Shown: positions 37,290 to 50,400 of the stretch, one piece after another | Layout of the letters: each line of letters opens with the position of its first letter | How positions within the stretch are numbered: the first letter of the stretch is position 1 | Origin: Felis catus | Lineage: Eukaryota | Direction: 5' to 3' | Length of the DNA: 64,000 bases | NCBI RefSeq assembly: GCF_018350175.1 | Contig: NC_058368.1 | Span: forward strand, 111,168,001 to 111,232,000 | Made by a program: the position numbers and the translations under genes | The notes under the pieces: generated by a model | The model's input: only the letters and a program-made list of their open reading frames with translations | What the model was told of the DNA's origin: nothing | The model's database searches: none

Positions 37290-37960
37290 AACACACGACG
37301 TCACAGGGTTTTGAGCTGTCAATGATCCCTGCAGCCTTCACCTTACCAGGTGAGGACACCGAGGCGGAGGGGAAAGGAGGGCTTGCCTACGGCAGAGTCC
37401 CCTCGTTCTTTCCTGAAATAACGCACCGTTTGACAGCAGCAGGTGTGCTGTGCAGCGGACCATCAGGGCGGCCCCTGCGGAGCAGCAAAGGAACCCCTCC
37501 GCCTCGGTGCCGGCAGATTCCGGAGAGGAAAACAGGCACCCCTTTCTTGCCTGGCCACAAGCAGGGGCCCCAGTGGGCCCAGGCCCGAAAAGTGCGCTTT
37601 CCCCAGGGTCCACAGCGGCCAGCCGCCTGTCGGTTCTACCGGGAGAAGAGACCGCCACTCACCTGCTACTAGAGAGATCGCAATTCCTCGCTTGGCGTCG
37701 ATTCCACACCCTCCTAGTTCGAACTGCAAAGCGCGATGGCTGCCGAGGTCCCAGCTCGCGTCAGGTCCTTCCGGGCCGGGGGGTGTTTCACTCCCGACGG
37801 TCCGCAGGACCGCAGTTCCACCCGTCCAAAGTTCCGCCTTCGCGCGGTTCCGCCGCCAGTCCCCACGCTGAGCGAGCCTGGTGGTTGGGGCCAGCCTTCC
37901 CGCAACCTGGTCTCCCCACTTCCGCCCGAAAGGGCTTCAGAGGCCTGAGGGCCTAGGCAG
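37290..37960 (-). promoter_or_regulatory. SAR1B: SAR1B CpG-island promoter
   Basis: High GC/CpG; GC boxes (CCGCCC/CCGCC), ETS-like CTTCCG(G), YY1-like GATGGC ~37735, CRE-like GACGTCA ~37297. Confidence 0.85.
37663..37790 (-). other. SAR1B: SAR1B non-coding exon 1 (5' end approximate)
   Basis: Strong donor CAG|GTGAGT at 37663/37662 inside a CpG island; no ATG in the exon; ggcagccatcgcgctttgcagttcg resembles the mammalian SAR1B 5' UTR as I recall it. Confidence 0.8.
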
Positions 37961-38069
37961 AGAAAGAAACGCGAATCTCTAGCTTGGGAAAATTATCCAT
38001 GACAATCGTTTTTCAAAAATAGACTTTTAAAGTACCTTTTTTATTTTTTTTATATAAATCTTTTTTTTT

Positions 38070-38500
38070 TAATTTTTTTACATTTATTTATTTTTGAGAA
38101 ACAGAGTGAGACAAAGCGTGAGCGGGGGAGGAGCAGAGAGAGAAGGAGACACAGAATCTGAAGCGGGCTCCAGGCTCTGAGCAAGCGGTCAGCACAGAGC
38201 CTGATGCGGGGCTCAAACCCACGAACTGTGAGATCATGACCTGAGCCGAAGTCGGATGATCAACCGACTGAGCCACCCAGGTGCCCCTTAAAGTACCTTT
38301 TTAAAGTATACCTGTTTAGGGGCGCCTGGGTGGCTCAAGTCCCGATCTCACAGTTTGTGAGTTGGAGCCCGCGCTGTGCGCTGACTGCTCGGAGCCAGTT
38401 TGGGGTTCTCTGTCTCCTCTCTCTCTCTCTCTCTCTGATCCTCCCCTGCTCTCACGGGGGCGCTCTCTTTGTCTCAAAAATAAACATTAAAAAAAAAAAA
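38070..38500. mobile_element. Head-to-head SINEC pair upstream of the SAR1B promoter
   Basis: - copy 38070-38287 (TSD ttaaagtacctttt) and + copy 38318-38500. Confidence 0.88.
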
Positions 38501-39329
38501 AGTACACGAGTTTCTTGAATTGACAAGTAATTTACAAAGCTTATTATGTACCAGATAATGTGCTAGATGCTAGGTATTGAGCTTTAAGTAAGACTGTCTT
38601 GACTCGGCTGTTCTTCACTAATGGGTTAACGTTACCACCCTTAAATGTTTAAATAAAAATACTTACGTGCCTTGATGGAAGTGTGATGCTCTCAAGATTG
38701 CTCTTGAGCCAGGATTCTAGGAGAGGGGAACAGGAGATGGCGGTTAAAGAATGGGTTATTCGATAAATTCCCAACAAAATCTATAACTGGATGTCCCCCT
38801 TTCTGATACAGCCTCAGGAAATGGCTCAGCCCATGTGTTTTTCCTTCATATTTGTCATTTCTTCTGTCAGAACAAATTGTCCAAACTTCTCCTTCCCACC
38901 TAGCTGCGTTATTTACAATCTTTAGCCCTCTCCGGTCAGAACCTCCCTCACAGACTTGGTTAATCTCTCTCTTAACAGGTTTCCCCAGCAACTGTACAAT
39001 TCGCCTTACATTCAAGTTTCCTTATAATTGTATAAGTAAATATGTATGATTATTTTTGAAAAGTCTCCCCAACAGACATTCTGTAAGCTTCCTGAGCTTT
39101 TCCTCATATCTGCCTTTTCCTCTCTTGAACCTATTTTCAGGGCCTGGCATACAATAGGTACTCAATTCATACGAGTTAGTGATTCATTCATAACATGAAG
39201 GATTCTAGGTACATTTTTATCCTCAAGAGATTGAAATTTTTCCCTAAAGTCCATTGATGTGAGCTAGAGAAACCTGTTGTTCCAGTCTACTCTCCTTTCC
39301 GCTTATCTACTCTTGAATTCAGTTTGATT

Positions 39330-39990
39330 TGTGAAAATTAAGAAAAGGAAACCCCATTTAAAATGGAATCAGGAGGCCAGAAGGGAGGGCTCTCATACCC
39401 TACCACTTTTCCTCAGTTGCAGGAAGAGACTTACCTTGCATTCCCAATAGGAAAAAGCATATATTTTACTACCACAGCTGGAGGAGGGAAGAATTTTTCT
39501 TTGTTCAGCAATAGTCCAGCCAATGAGAGACTGTCACAACTCAGCCAATGAAAAGCCACTGCAGTTAGAACTCCCAGTTTATTCCAATGGGCTTTTTGTT
39601 TATAATAGCCACCTCTCAACTTTGCCATTCTTCTCTAAAGAGGGGTCCTCCTTTGTTCTCTAGACTTGCAAAGCCCTAGGTTGTGTCTGGAAATGAAATT
39701 CTCTGCTATTCCAGAATAAATTCTTTTTTTCTTTCTTTTTTTAATGTTTTATTTCTGAGATAGAGAGAGACAGAGAATGAGTGGGGGAGGGGCAGAAAGA
39801 GAGGGAGACACAGAATCTGAAGCAGGCCCCAGGCTCTGAGCTGTCAGCACAGAGCCCGACGTGGAGCTTGAATCCACAAACAGTGAGATCATGACCTGAG
39901 CCGCAGTTGGATGCTCAACCAACTGAGCCACCTAGGCGCCCCGATCTTTTCTTTTTTTTTCTGGTAGGATAATTGACAACTTTATTTTTT
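39330..39990 (+). mobile_element. Probable ERV1-type solo LTR interrupted by a SINEC (39735-39942)
   Basis: Starts tgtgaaaa..aaaatggaatc; two CCAAT boxes, TATAA ~39601, AATAAA ~39715. Confidence 0.65.
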
Positions 39991-39999
39991 TTAATTAAA

Positions 40000-41192
40000 A
40001 AACATTTTTAAAGTTTGTTTATTTTGAGAGAGACAGCATGAGTGGGGGAGGGGCACAGATGGAGGGAAAGGGAGAATCCCAAGCAGGCTCCACAACTGTC
40101 AGTGCAGAGCCCCCGCAGGGCTCCATCTCATGACAGTGAGATCATGACCTGAGCTGAAACCAAGACTGGACACTCAACCGACTGAGCCACCCAGGCACCC
40201 CAATGGATGCATTTTTAATAGAGTATAATAGAGTATAAAAGAGCACAACCTCTAGCTTCTAACATCACTAGCCAATAAAGTTCATGTATATATAAAATGG
40301 GGATTAATATCCAGAAGAGATGATATGAGAGAGAATAACATACAATAAGGAAGACAAATGGGAAAAGCATCAGGCAAGTATTTTGATCTGACTGGGTAGA
40401 TTTGGGCTGGACTGTTGGGGACCTTGGCTCCCAAACTATAGAGCCTTTTGAGGGTTTTGAGTACAGAAGGAACATGGTCAGAGCTGTTGTTGAAAGTTTG
40501 CTCTGGCAGTAGTGTGTGTGTTGTATTGGAATGGGTTGACTGAAAACTGAGATCAGTAATGAGATTGCTACAATCATGCGGGTGAAAGGTAACAAAAGCC
40601 TGGGTTGGTCAGTGGGAACAGAGAAATAGGGAATTGTGTGTGAGAATCTGTAAAGGTTGGAACCTATAAGATTTCGGTATTGATTGCATGTTAATAGCAA
40701 AAAGTGTGGAGATATGAAAGTTCAAAATTTTAACATAGACTACTTCTCTTTCCTCTATAACTACCTCACTGAGATAGCCAGCATCCCTGGCCTGATTTAC
40801 TGCAAAAACTACATTCTTTTCCCTGAAATCAATTATCATCACAGCTGTTGGATTTTTTTTTAACTTTTAAATATTTACTTATTTCAGAGAGAGAGAGGGA
40901 GAGTATGTGTGTATGTGCAGGGGAGGGGCAGAAAGAGAAGGAGAGAGAGAGAATCCCAAGCAGGCTTCAAGCTCAGTTCAGAGCCCTATGTGGGGCTGCA
41001 TCTCATAAATCCTGAGATCATGACCTGAGCCAAAATCAAAGTGAGATGCTTAACTGAGCCACCCAGGCACCCCTGGATTTTTTTAAAGTAATCTTTAGGT
41101 CCAATGTGGGGCTCAAATTCACCACCTCCAGATCAAGAGTCAATATTCCACCAACTGAGCCAGCCAGGTGCCCTGGATTTTCTTTTTATTTT

Positions 41193-41239
<47 letters not shown>

Positions 41240-42401
41240 TTTTATTTTTCAACGTTTTATTTATTTTTGAGACAGAGAGAGACAGAGCATGAACGGGGGA
41301 GGGGCAGAGAGAGAGGGAGACACAGAATTGGAAACAGGCTCCAAGCCATCAGCCCAGAGCCTGACGCGGGGCTCGAACTCACGGACCGCGAGATCATGAC
41401 CTGGCTGAAGTCGGACGCTTAACCGACTGCGCCACCCAGGCGCCCCTGGATTTTCTTTTTAATGCATTCTTTTGAAAGCATGAATTGGATCAAATTACTC
41501 CCCTGTTTACAATTCTTCAACTGCTTCCCAAAGCCAATAAATTCCTTACAATGCCTTATAAGTTGCTTGTGGCTCTGGCCCCTTCTACTCCTCTAATCTT
41601 GTCTCTTGCCATTCTGCCTTGCTCACCACAGCAAGCTCATTCCTGCCTCTGTGCTTTTGTAGGTGCTCTTCCCTTTTGCCAGAGCCCTTCTTCTTCCCAT
41701 TTTCTCTTTGCATAGCTAGATTCCTCATCCTTTAGATCACATCTTAAATGTCACCTCCTATCCAAATCAGGCTTCTACTTGTTATTCTCTGAGTATCGAT
41801 ACCTCAATAGCACTCACCAAATTGTACTCTTAAAAACATATATTTATATACATTTTTCTTTTTTGTTTCCTCCATTGTAAAACGTACAGTAGGAAGAGAC
41901 CTTGTCTGTCCTGTTCTGTTTTTGCTTGGTGCTTAGCAAGTGCCTGGCATATGGAAGACATTTAATCAATATTTGTTGAATGAATTAATTAAGCAATGAA
42001 TGAAGGAGCTGGTGAGGTCATTTAGCAGAAAGTATGATGAAAAGATCGGTTTTAGAGGGCAAGTTGCATTTCAGATCTCTGATACTGTGGTGTGAGGGTA
42101 TTGTAGAGGGTGTAGGGACAGAGGGATGTATTTGGAGTTAGAAAAGGAAAACAAATTGGAATTTGATATTGTACTTCCAGTGTTGCCTGGGAAGATGGGG
42201 CCTGACCAGTTATACTATTAAGACTGTATTATATGGGGCACAATGTAGTATAATAGTTAAGAACCTAAAAGAATTAGGGGTACCTAAGTGGCTCAGTCAG
42301 TTAACAGTCATACTCTTGGTCTCGGCTCAGGTCATGATCTCGCAGTTCATGAGTTCAAGCCCACATTGAACTCCGTGATGACAGTGTGGAGCTTGCTTGG
42401 G

Positions 42402-42450
<49 letters not shown>

Positions 42451-43550
42451 CTCCTCTGCTTGTTCTCTCTCTCTCAAAATAAATGAACTTAAAAATATTC
42501 TTTAAAAAAGAATTTAAGAATTTAAGTTATAACTTAAAAGAATTAAAGACCACATAATTTATAAACAAGTTTAGGCAATATGTGAAATATGAACTTGTAG
42601 TGAATTAATGAGGGGCAAAACAGTCATAAGATGGGAAAAAATGACACTTTAAATTTATTCATTCAAAAACATTTAATGGACACCTGTTTAGGGTGAGGCC
42701 CCAAGCGAAGTGCTGAGAATACAGAGGTGAAAAGGACACAGTCTTTGGTCCCTCTGACACTCTAAACAAGAAGACAGATATGAAATCAAAATTACGTTAG
42801 AATGGGCAGGATATGTACAGAATTTTATTCCACTGAAGAAAGACAAACATAGACCCAAGTATTTAACACTGAGGAGAAGTGCAATGAAAAAAAAAAAAAA
42901 AAAGTAGGGTGGGATAGAATGAGCAGGAAGGGTATGCTGAGGTGCTCAGAGAAGGGCTGAACAATAAGGTAACATTTGAATAAAGGCTGAAAGGGTGAGA
43001 GGTTGAGCCACAATGTGTATCTTGGGCAAGACCACCCGAAGTAATGGAAATAAGTATAAAAGGAAGGCTTGTGCTCGAGTAGCTAGAGAAATAGCAAGGG
43101 TGTTTGCAATGGAGTGAGTGAGAGAGGATGTGGAGGAAGACAGAGAGTTAGCAGGGCCAGGTCATGTGAGACCCTGAAGGCTGAGTCGGACTTTGGATTT
43201 TACTGAGTGCAAGATGAGAAAAGCCATGCAGAGAAACTTGATGGAACAGGCACAGGGAGCATTACAGGTGTTGGGGTACAGGAAAATAAAGACAGAATCA
43301 GTATTGAGGAGCTCAATTCAACATGTAGGATGGATTGCAGGGAGGGAAACTGGAAAAGCTATCCTAATAGTTCCAGTGCAAGATGATGAAAATTGATCTG
43401 TGGGCAGTGAGAATGGCAAGAACCACATAAAGATGAAAAGTTTTCAAAGAAATCAATGTGATTTGCTGGCTTGGTGTAGGATGAGATGAGTGTTTTTGTG
43501 ATGTAGCTTCAGAGCTACTGACTTTAGATACAAACAGATGTCCTGTCATA
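40000..43550. mobile_element. Intergenic repeat field: SINECs (40000-40201, 40860-41446, 42277-42500) and L2 relics (~40300-40700, 41480-42000, 42650-43550)
   Basis: SINEC motifs; L2 3' end aatatttgttgaatgaat ~41970 and its reverse ~42655. Confidence 0.75.
41186..41245. repeat. (TTTA)n microsatellite, SINE tail
   Basis: Direct reading. Confidence 0.9.
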
Positions 43551-44709
43551 GGCAAATGAGGCTAAAGGAACTGTTCTTAAAATGGAGTCACAAGAGAGTT
43601 TCAGAACAAACCTGTTGTTTGTAATTGAAACCATTTTTTGTTTGTTTGAAATAGGACCAATTTTTAAATAATTAAAGGACCTAAAAGAATTCTCCCTATT
43701 CTGAAAAGTAAACAGAATTGTTCCTATTTATCAGCTGACAATTCAACAGTGATGAGCAGGCAGGCAAAGGGGCCCTAGTGTGTGAGCTGGAGTCCACTTC
43801 TGCATGCTTGCAAATTTTATTAGGAATGCTGTCTACCTCTTTTGGGTCTAAATAAATAATCAATTTTAATGGAATATTCTTTGTATAGTGCTGTCTCCTT
43901 GCTGAGACTCTTTAGTGTCACTTATTTTTTTGTTTATAATCTAAAGTAGGGTTGAAGGCTTTGAAAATTACGTGCAGAAAATCTGATTCATATACATATG
44001 AATGGTATATACGTGGCAGAAGGGTCCTGTTGTTCTGGAAAACAAGGATAAAGAGGTAGAATATGTTACTGACATCAGTTTAGAAAAACATACAGTACTG
44101 TAGGGTAGGTACAGGTAGTTGACCAAAACAAAATAAAAACAATAACCTTAACAACTGGTAATAGCACTAATAATTTTTGCTTCATGTTTATGTACCTACG
44201 CTTTAAGAAGTCAGAGAGAAAAAAAAGAAGTCAGAGAATGATCTGACAATGTGTGGATGATACTTCATAAGATAATTACTTAACTTTTTAAGTTATGCTT
44301 TTACCTCAATTCCTTAAACTTAACTTCCTATTGTCCCTGAGGGTAGGCGGATGACAAATGTTGCTTTTCTTCTCAGTATTTTAAAATTGACTACATTGAA
44401 CATGTAAAAAACATTTGAAAGACTTAACCAGTTTTTTGTAGAATAACAACACAGGTGGAACAAATTTTAGAAAACACACTAACATATTATGTGCGTTTAA
44501 CCTGATTTAACCAGCCATGGTTTATGTCTCAAAATGGTTAATCCTCTCTACCGTTCCCCCCGCCCCCGAACACAGAGATATTGCTTAAACAGAACAAAGT
44601 CCAAAGAAAGCTTGATTTAACCAAATCAAACTCCTGTGCCAAGGTCAATAAACGATTTAAGAAGTTGCATTAAAAAAAAAAGAAAAAAATTAAACTACTG
44701 CAAGTGTTT

Positions 44710-46060
44710 TTTTAAATATCTATTTATTTTTGAGAGAGAAAGGGGGGCAGAATGTCAGGGGGGCAGAATGTCAGGGGGGCAGAATGGTGTAGCGGCAGAG
44801 AGGGAGGCACAGAATCTGAGGCAGGCTCCAGGCTGTCAGCACAGGGCCTGATGTGTAGCTCAAACTCATGAACCCTGAAATCATGACCTGAGCTGAAGTC
44901 GGACACTTAAGCAACTGAGCCACCAGGCTCAAACTACTGCAAGTTTGAGACCAGGTCTAAGCATTTGTCCCTTTGAAGACAAAGCAATAAAGTTTGACCA
45001 AAAGTTTCATCTTCATCCGAAAGAAATCTTTGTACTTGTTTGTATCTTGTTTAATTTCACACACAGCAAATAACATTTTTAACAAGGTACTGAGGCAAAT
45101 GATAAAAACAGGGTTAGGATAAAATTTAACCCTTTATTATTTGAATTCTTACGGTTTACTTTCCAGGCCTGACACAGTGGTTTAACTCTTGCTTATTTTG
45201 TATGTAATTTAACATTATACAATGTAAGTGTATTTCAGAGCAGGCATTTGATATTAAATGAATTAAATAAGATGTACTTCTCCCTTCACGGATTGCAAAA
45301 CGCTTGGCATGACATTTTAATCAACAGTACAAATCTATAATTTAAAGAAGAGCTTTATCATCAGCTCAGAGCAGGAAAAATCTAACTAGAATGAAGGCAG
45401 CTAAAATGATTACCAAGATCATCAATTAACTGTATTATCCAGTCACTCCGGTTTCTACTTCCCTTTGGCCTCAAAAGTTAAAAAAAAAAAAAAAAGTCTA
45501 CTTGCCCCAAAAGGGAGTTTGAATGCTTTACCTTACTGTAAACTCCTAGAAGAGGAAATAAAACTGCCATTTAAATGTGCTGTTAATGAACTTTCGCATG
45601 ACTCTGCTATGAATCAGTGAGTTTCAAAATTAAAATTAGTTGGTGTCCTCTAGTCAAAAAACAAAGGCTTCCTCCTTGATTTGATTACCCTTTTTTAAAT
45701 GTTTATTTTTGAGAGAGAGAGAAAGAGACAGAGCGTGAGCGGGGGAGGGGCAGAGAGAGAGGGAGACAGAAACTGAAGCAGGCTCCAGGCTCTGAGCTGT
45801 CAGCACAGAGTCTAATGCAGCGCTGCAACTCATAAACCAGCAGATGATGATGACTTGAGCCAAGCCACCCAGTCGCCCTGATTATACTTTTTTTTTTTTT
45901 AAAGGACACAAATCTTTTTATTTTTTTTTATTTTGAGAGAGAGAGAAAGCGCGAGCGAGCGAGAGCAGAAGGAGGGGCAGAGAGAAAGGGAAAGAGAGAA
46001 ACCCAAACAGGCTCCATTTCAGGACAGCGAGATCATGACCTAAGCCCACTCAGCTACCCC
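44710..46060 (-). mobile_element. SINECs (~44710-44928, 45690-45879, 45915-46060)
   Basis: SINEC motifs; TSD aaactactgcaagt around the first. Confidence 0.85.
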
Positions 46061-46249
46061 TGCTACCGATTTGATTACATTTTTAACACACGTACATAAT
46101 TAGCTACTCCCTTAAAAAAAAAGCCACTCCTTTAAATTTACACCTGTAATATGGTGATAAAATGTGAAATGAAATACTGCAATGAATATTAGTCGGTCCG
46201 GCTACCAGAGGTATTGTCTCAACAGAGGACTTTGACGTTTGTCGTCTCT

Positions 46250-47170
46250 GGTAATTTTCACAAAAGCAAGAGGAGAGGCAGTGTCAGTCCTACCCCTGGA
46301 AAGCAGCTACTGAAGCCCTGACTGCTCTCAGATCCCGGCACTGCGGGCGAGATGACGTTTACCACGGCGGGGATTTCCGTAGAGGTGACACACGCCACTT
46401 CCGGCCGACGGTGAGACTCAGTGACGTGGCTGGCGAAGTCTAGCACGGTACTTCGGGCTGGGACACCCGGAGCTGTCAGGTGGCTTCTGGACAGCCCCGA
46501 GGGGAGAAGACTGCGCACCGACATCAGCAGCAGCTGCGAGCCCGGAGCCGGAAGTGCCACGTGTCCCTATTGCGCCTGCGCGGCTCCCGGCTGACAGCCA
46601 CTTCCGGCCGGGGCCTCTTCTCGTTAGGCTGCCGCCTTTCAGCCGGGTGTTCTCGGCTTCTCCGGTCTGACTCCCAAACCTCAGCTCCCAGGCCAAGCCG
46701 TGGCCGCTGGCGGGCTGGGAAGAATGCCGTGCTGTACCTAAACACTTGATGCACCGCCCTTTCTTCTCCTCGCTACAGTCGAGTCGTTAGCGCCTTCCCT
46801 CCGCTTCCAGCAGTGGTCTTTCACTTCTTTGGTTTGGCGCTGTCGCAGACCCCGACCAGCCCCTTCCAACCCCGATACGCACCGTCGTCATGTCCCAGCC
46901 GGGGATACCGATCTCCGGCGGCGCCCCAGCCGGCCTCCAGGCCCAGAACGGGGCCGCCTCGGCCTCGGGGTCTCTCTACACCAACGGTAAGTACAGCCCT
47001 GGGGCGGGCGGCTGGCGCAGCCTGGGTCCGAGTTCAAGCTGACCTTTGGTTACTGCAGCTGCCTGTGGCAACCGGAGGAGAGGGTAACCTCCCGGCCGGG
47101 GGAATGAGCGGGTGATGGTGGGCGGCTAGGCCAAGGAGACGGCGGTGAATATGCAGCCGCAACCCGGGGC
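46250..47170 (+). promoter_or_regulatory. SEC24A: SEC24A CpG-island promoter and 5' UTR
   Basis: High CpG; ETS/GABP sites (46396-46404, 46548-46556, 46599-46607), NRF1-like TGCGCCTGCGC 46571-46581, TGACGTGG 46422-46429, CCACGTG 46557-46563. Confidence 0.88.
46890..46986 (+). CDS. SEC24A: SEC24A first coding exon; MSQPGIPISGGAPAGLQAQNGAASASGSLYTN|G (partial gene; intron 1 runs to the end of the window)
   Basis: ATG in gtcgtcATGt, donor ACG|GTAAGT; peptide matches the recalled mammalian SEC24A N-terminus (MSQPGIPASGGAP...YTNG); known adjacency to SAR1B. Confidence 0.93.
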
Positions 47171-47484
47171 TCTTGTTGATGTTTCATGTTTATTCATTCG
47201 TTCGCTGAACAATTAATGACCACTTGCTGTATGTAACACCCTATGTATGTATACATAGATGAAAAATACAGATTCGATGCATACCTCAGAACTCGCATAC
47301 AAGACTCATAGTGCCTGTTTATGTGCTTTCTTCCTCCGTGCCACTTCACCCTGTCTTCCAGAGAGCAGAGATCGGGGGCTGATTATTTTCAGTTCCGCAG
47401 TGCCTACAGTGGGGTGGGGGTCTTAGTCGGAATTGGAGGAGATGAATGAATGATGGTGTTTTTGGGATTCCTCTCTCTCTCTCT

Positions 47485-50400
47485 CTATTAATGTTTTTAT
47501 TTATTTTTGAGACAGAAAGAGAGCATGAGCAGGGGAGGGGCAGAGAGAGAAGGAGATACAGAATCCGAAGCAGGCTCCGGGCTCTAAGCTGTCAGCACAG
47601 AGCCTGACGTGGGGTTCGAACTCATCAACCGTGAGATCATGACCTGAGCCGAAGTCGGACGCTTAACCGACTGAGCCACCCAGGCACCCCTTGGGAGTCC
47701 TCTTTTAAGGCCTGCTCATCTCTTCCAAAATTTTACCCAAATTGTACCTAGGCCACGTGTTCAGTTTTCCAGTTTTGGAGGAACGAAATATTAAATCTCT
47801 TGTTTGATTTACAGAGGTCTTTACCTCACTTGAAAAAAGTGGTTAGATACACCTCTGAACCTCCCTTCCACAGCGTACAATGTGGCACTACAATTTGTCA
47901 TTTGGTGTGAGAGTTGTATAGTTTTATGCTTCTTCTGAGATTCTTTACATTGTCCTACATTGTGATTTGCTAAGCTTACTATAATTATAGTAGAGAAAGA
48001 AAGATTTTTTTGCCAACATCTGATTTTGCCAAATTACTGATTTACTTATAAATCTTTGACTTGTGGAAAGAAAACTAATAGAATAAAACTAAAATAAATT
48101 ACTCCTTGGAAACTAAGATTGTTGTGAAGTTCTGGAAAATAGCCAGTGATTATATTAGCTAATTTACATTATGTTTAGAGAAGACTACTGTTTTCTTTAC
48201 AAAGAAGGCTCTAAAAGACTTTTAAAAATGTCTATGAGTAGGCAGGTTTGTAGGCAGAAGCAGGAATAAGTATAAGTACTGTAATGGTGTTACGTTGAAT
48301 GACTTGTTCTTTCTCATATTTGTGGTAACAGATTAAGTAAACTACGTTTTATTCTAGGCTACTTAGTAACATTTACGGTGGGGATGAAATCATTTTAAGA
48401 CTTTCACTTTAAGGTAAAAAAAAAAAAAAAACTTAAGCAAAATGTCCTGTGGCTGTGGCTTTTTCTTACAATCCATAAATTGCAATTTTACATGAGTTTT
48501 AAATGGCAAATCCTGCAAATATGTGTGTAAGTTTATATGTAATTGTGATAATTTTGAAACATTAAAGGAATTTAGCCACTGCAATGTGTAGTATAAAAGA
48601 TATTGTCACTATGATGATTTATTCCTATCCACAGACATTTGTTACACATCTCTTAAGTTCTGTCCTTGGGACTGTAAAAGAGAATAAGAAAACAGTCCCT
48701 GTACACAGGTTGCCCAGGACCAATAGGGATTCACTTAGGAAAGGAAATCATAGGACTGCAAATACATACACTTTTTAAAGATACAATTTCGAAAGTCTTT
48801 ATAATCTCCATTTCTAAAATTTTTTTGTAGAATTATTCTAGTAAAGTGGCTAATGACCTGTATTGGGTTTCTTTGTTCATCCCACTAATAATAAAGTCAG
48901 TAGGGATGTGATAGAGAATTGGAGAAGGCTTTTCTCTAGAAGGTGAAAGAAAAAAGTTCAGTGCTGGCATCTAATTTTATTGGTTAACTCTTTCAAGGCA
49001 GTTATTGGTGCTTAAATATTCTTTTGAATATACATGTATATATATTTTTTTAACGTTTATTTATTTTTTGAGACAGAGAGAGACAGAGCATGAATGGGAG
49101 AGGGTCAGAGAGAGGGAAACACAGAATCTGAAACAGGCTCCAGGCTCTGAGCTGTCAGCCCAGAGCCTGTCGCGGGGCTCGAACTCACGGACCGCGAGAT
49201 CATGCCCTGAGCCGAAGTCGGCCGCCCAACAGACTGAGCCACCCAGGCGCCCTTCTTTTGAATATTTGTATGCTTTAGATTTAATGTAACTTTTTAAAAC
49301 CGTGGTTGACACATAATGTTACATTAGTTTGAGGTGTGCAACATTCTGATTGGACTTTTCTATGTCTTAGGCTGCTCTCGCCACCAGTATAGCTACCATC
49401 TCTCACCATACAACCCTATTACAACACCACTGACTGTATTTTCTATGCTGTACCTTTGATCGCCATAGCTTATTCCATAGATGGAAGCCTGTACCTCCTA
49501 AGGTAGCTTTCTTAAATTACATATTACAGTTCAGTTGAATATTCAGATATTTTTTAGATAGTCAAAAGACTGAATAGTTTTTCATTTTTCTGTAACTTTG
49601 TATCATATTTTATAGTGTCATTTTTTTGTTAAATTTTTTTTTTAAATGTTCATTTTTGAAAGAGAGAGTGTGACAGAGTGCTAGTAGGGGAGGAGCAGAG
49701 AGAGACTGAGACACAGAACTTGAAGCTGATCTGTCAGCACAGAGCCTGGTGTGGGGCTCAAACCCACGAGCTGTGAGATCATGACCTAAGCCGAAGTCAG
49801 ATGCTTAACTGACTGAGCCACCCAGGTGCCCCATTATTATTATTATTTTTTTATTTTAGAGAGTTTAAACTTGGGGGAGAGGGGCAGGGGGAGAGAGAGA
49901 ATCTTAAGCAGGCCCCACACTCAGCATGGAGCCCTGCCTGGGGCTTGATCCCATAACTGTGGGATCATGACCTGAGCCAAAATCAAGAGTCAGATGCTTA
50001 ACTGAGCCTTGCAGGCACCCCTATGGTGTCATTATATTACATAATTCCTCACACACAAGACATTTTTTTTCTGTAGTGGATTGTTACATGGCATTACAAT
50101 CTAAAGGTTGTCTAGACAGGTTTTTCTGAGCCTGTATAGATTTGTGTACACATATTTCCTTTGCAAAAATTGACAGTGAAACTGTAAGACTATTTGAACT
50201 GGCATATCTTCATCTCATTAGTATGTAATAAGGCTAAAGGCAAATCATGCCTCCCACCTTTTTTTTTTTTAAGATAATATTTTTGGGGGCACCTGGGTGG
50301 CTCAGTCGGTTAAGTGTCCAACTTTGGTCCAGGTCATGAACTTGCATTTCGTGGGTTCGAGCCCTGTTTCAGGCTCTATGCTGACAGCTCAGAGCCTGGA

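Noticed and set aside
37322..37956. Long overlapping ORFs (up to 168 aa) in the SAR1B CpG island
   Set aside because: Expected from stop-codon scarcity in GC-rich DNA; no recognisable protein
40215..40700. 161-aa hydrophobic ORF
   Set aside because: Lies in degenerate L2-like sequence with a non-ATG start; no recognisable product
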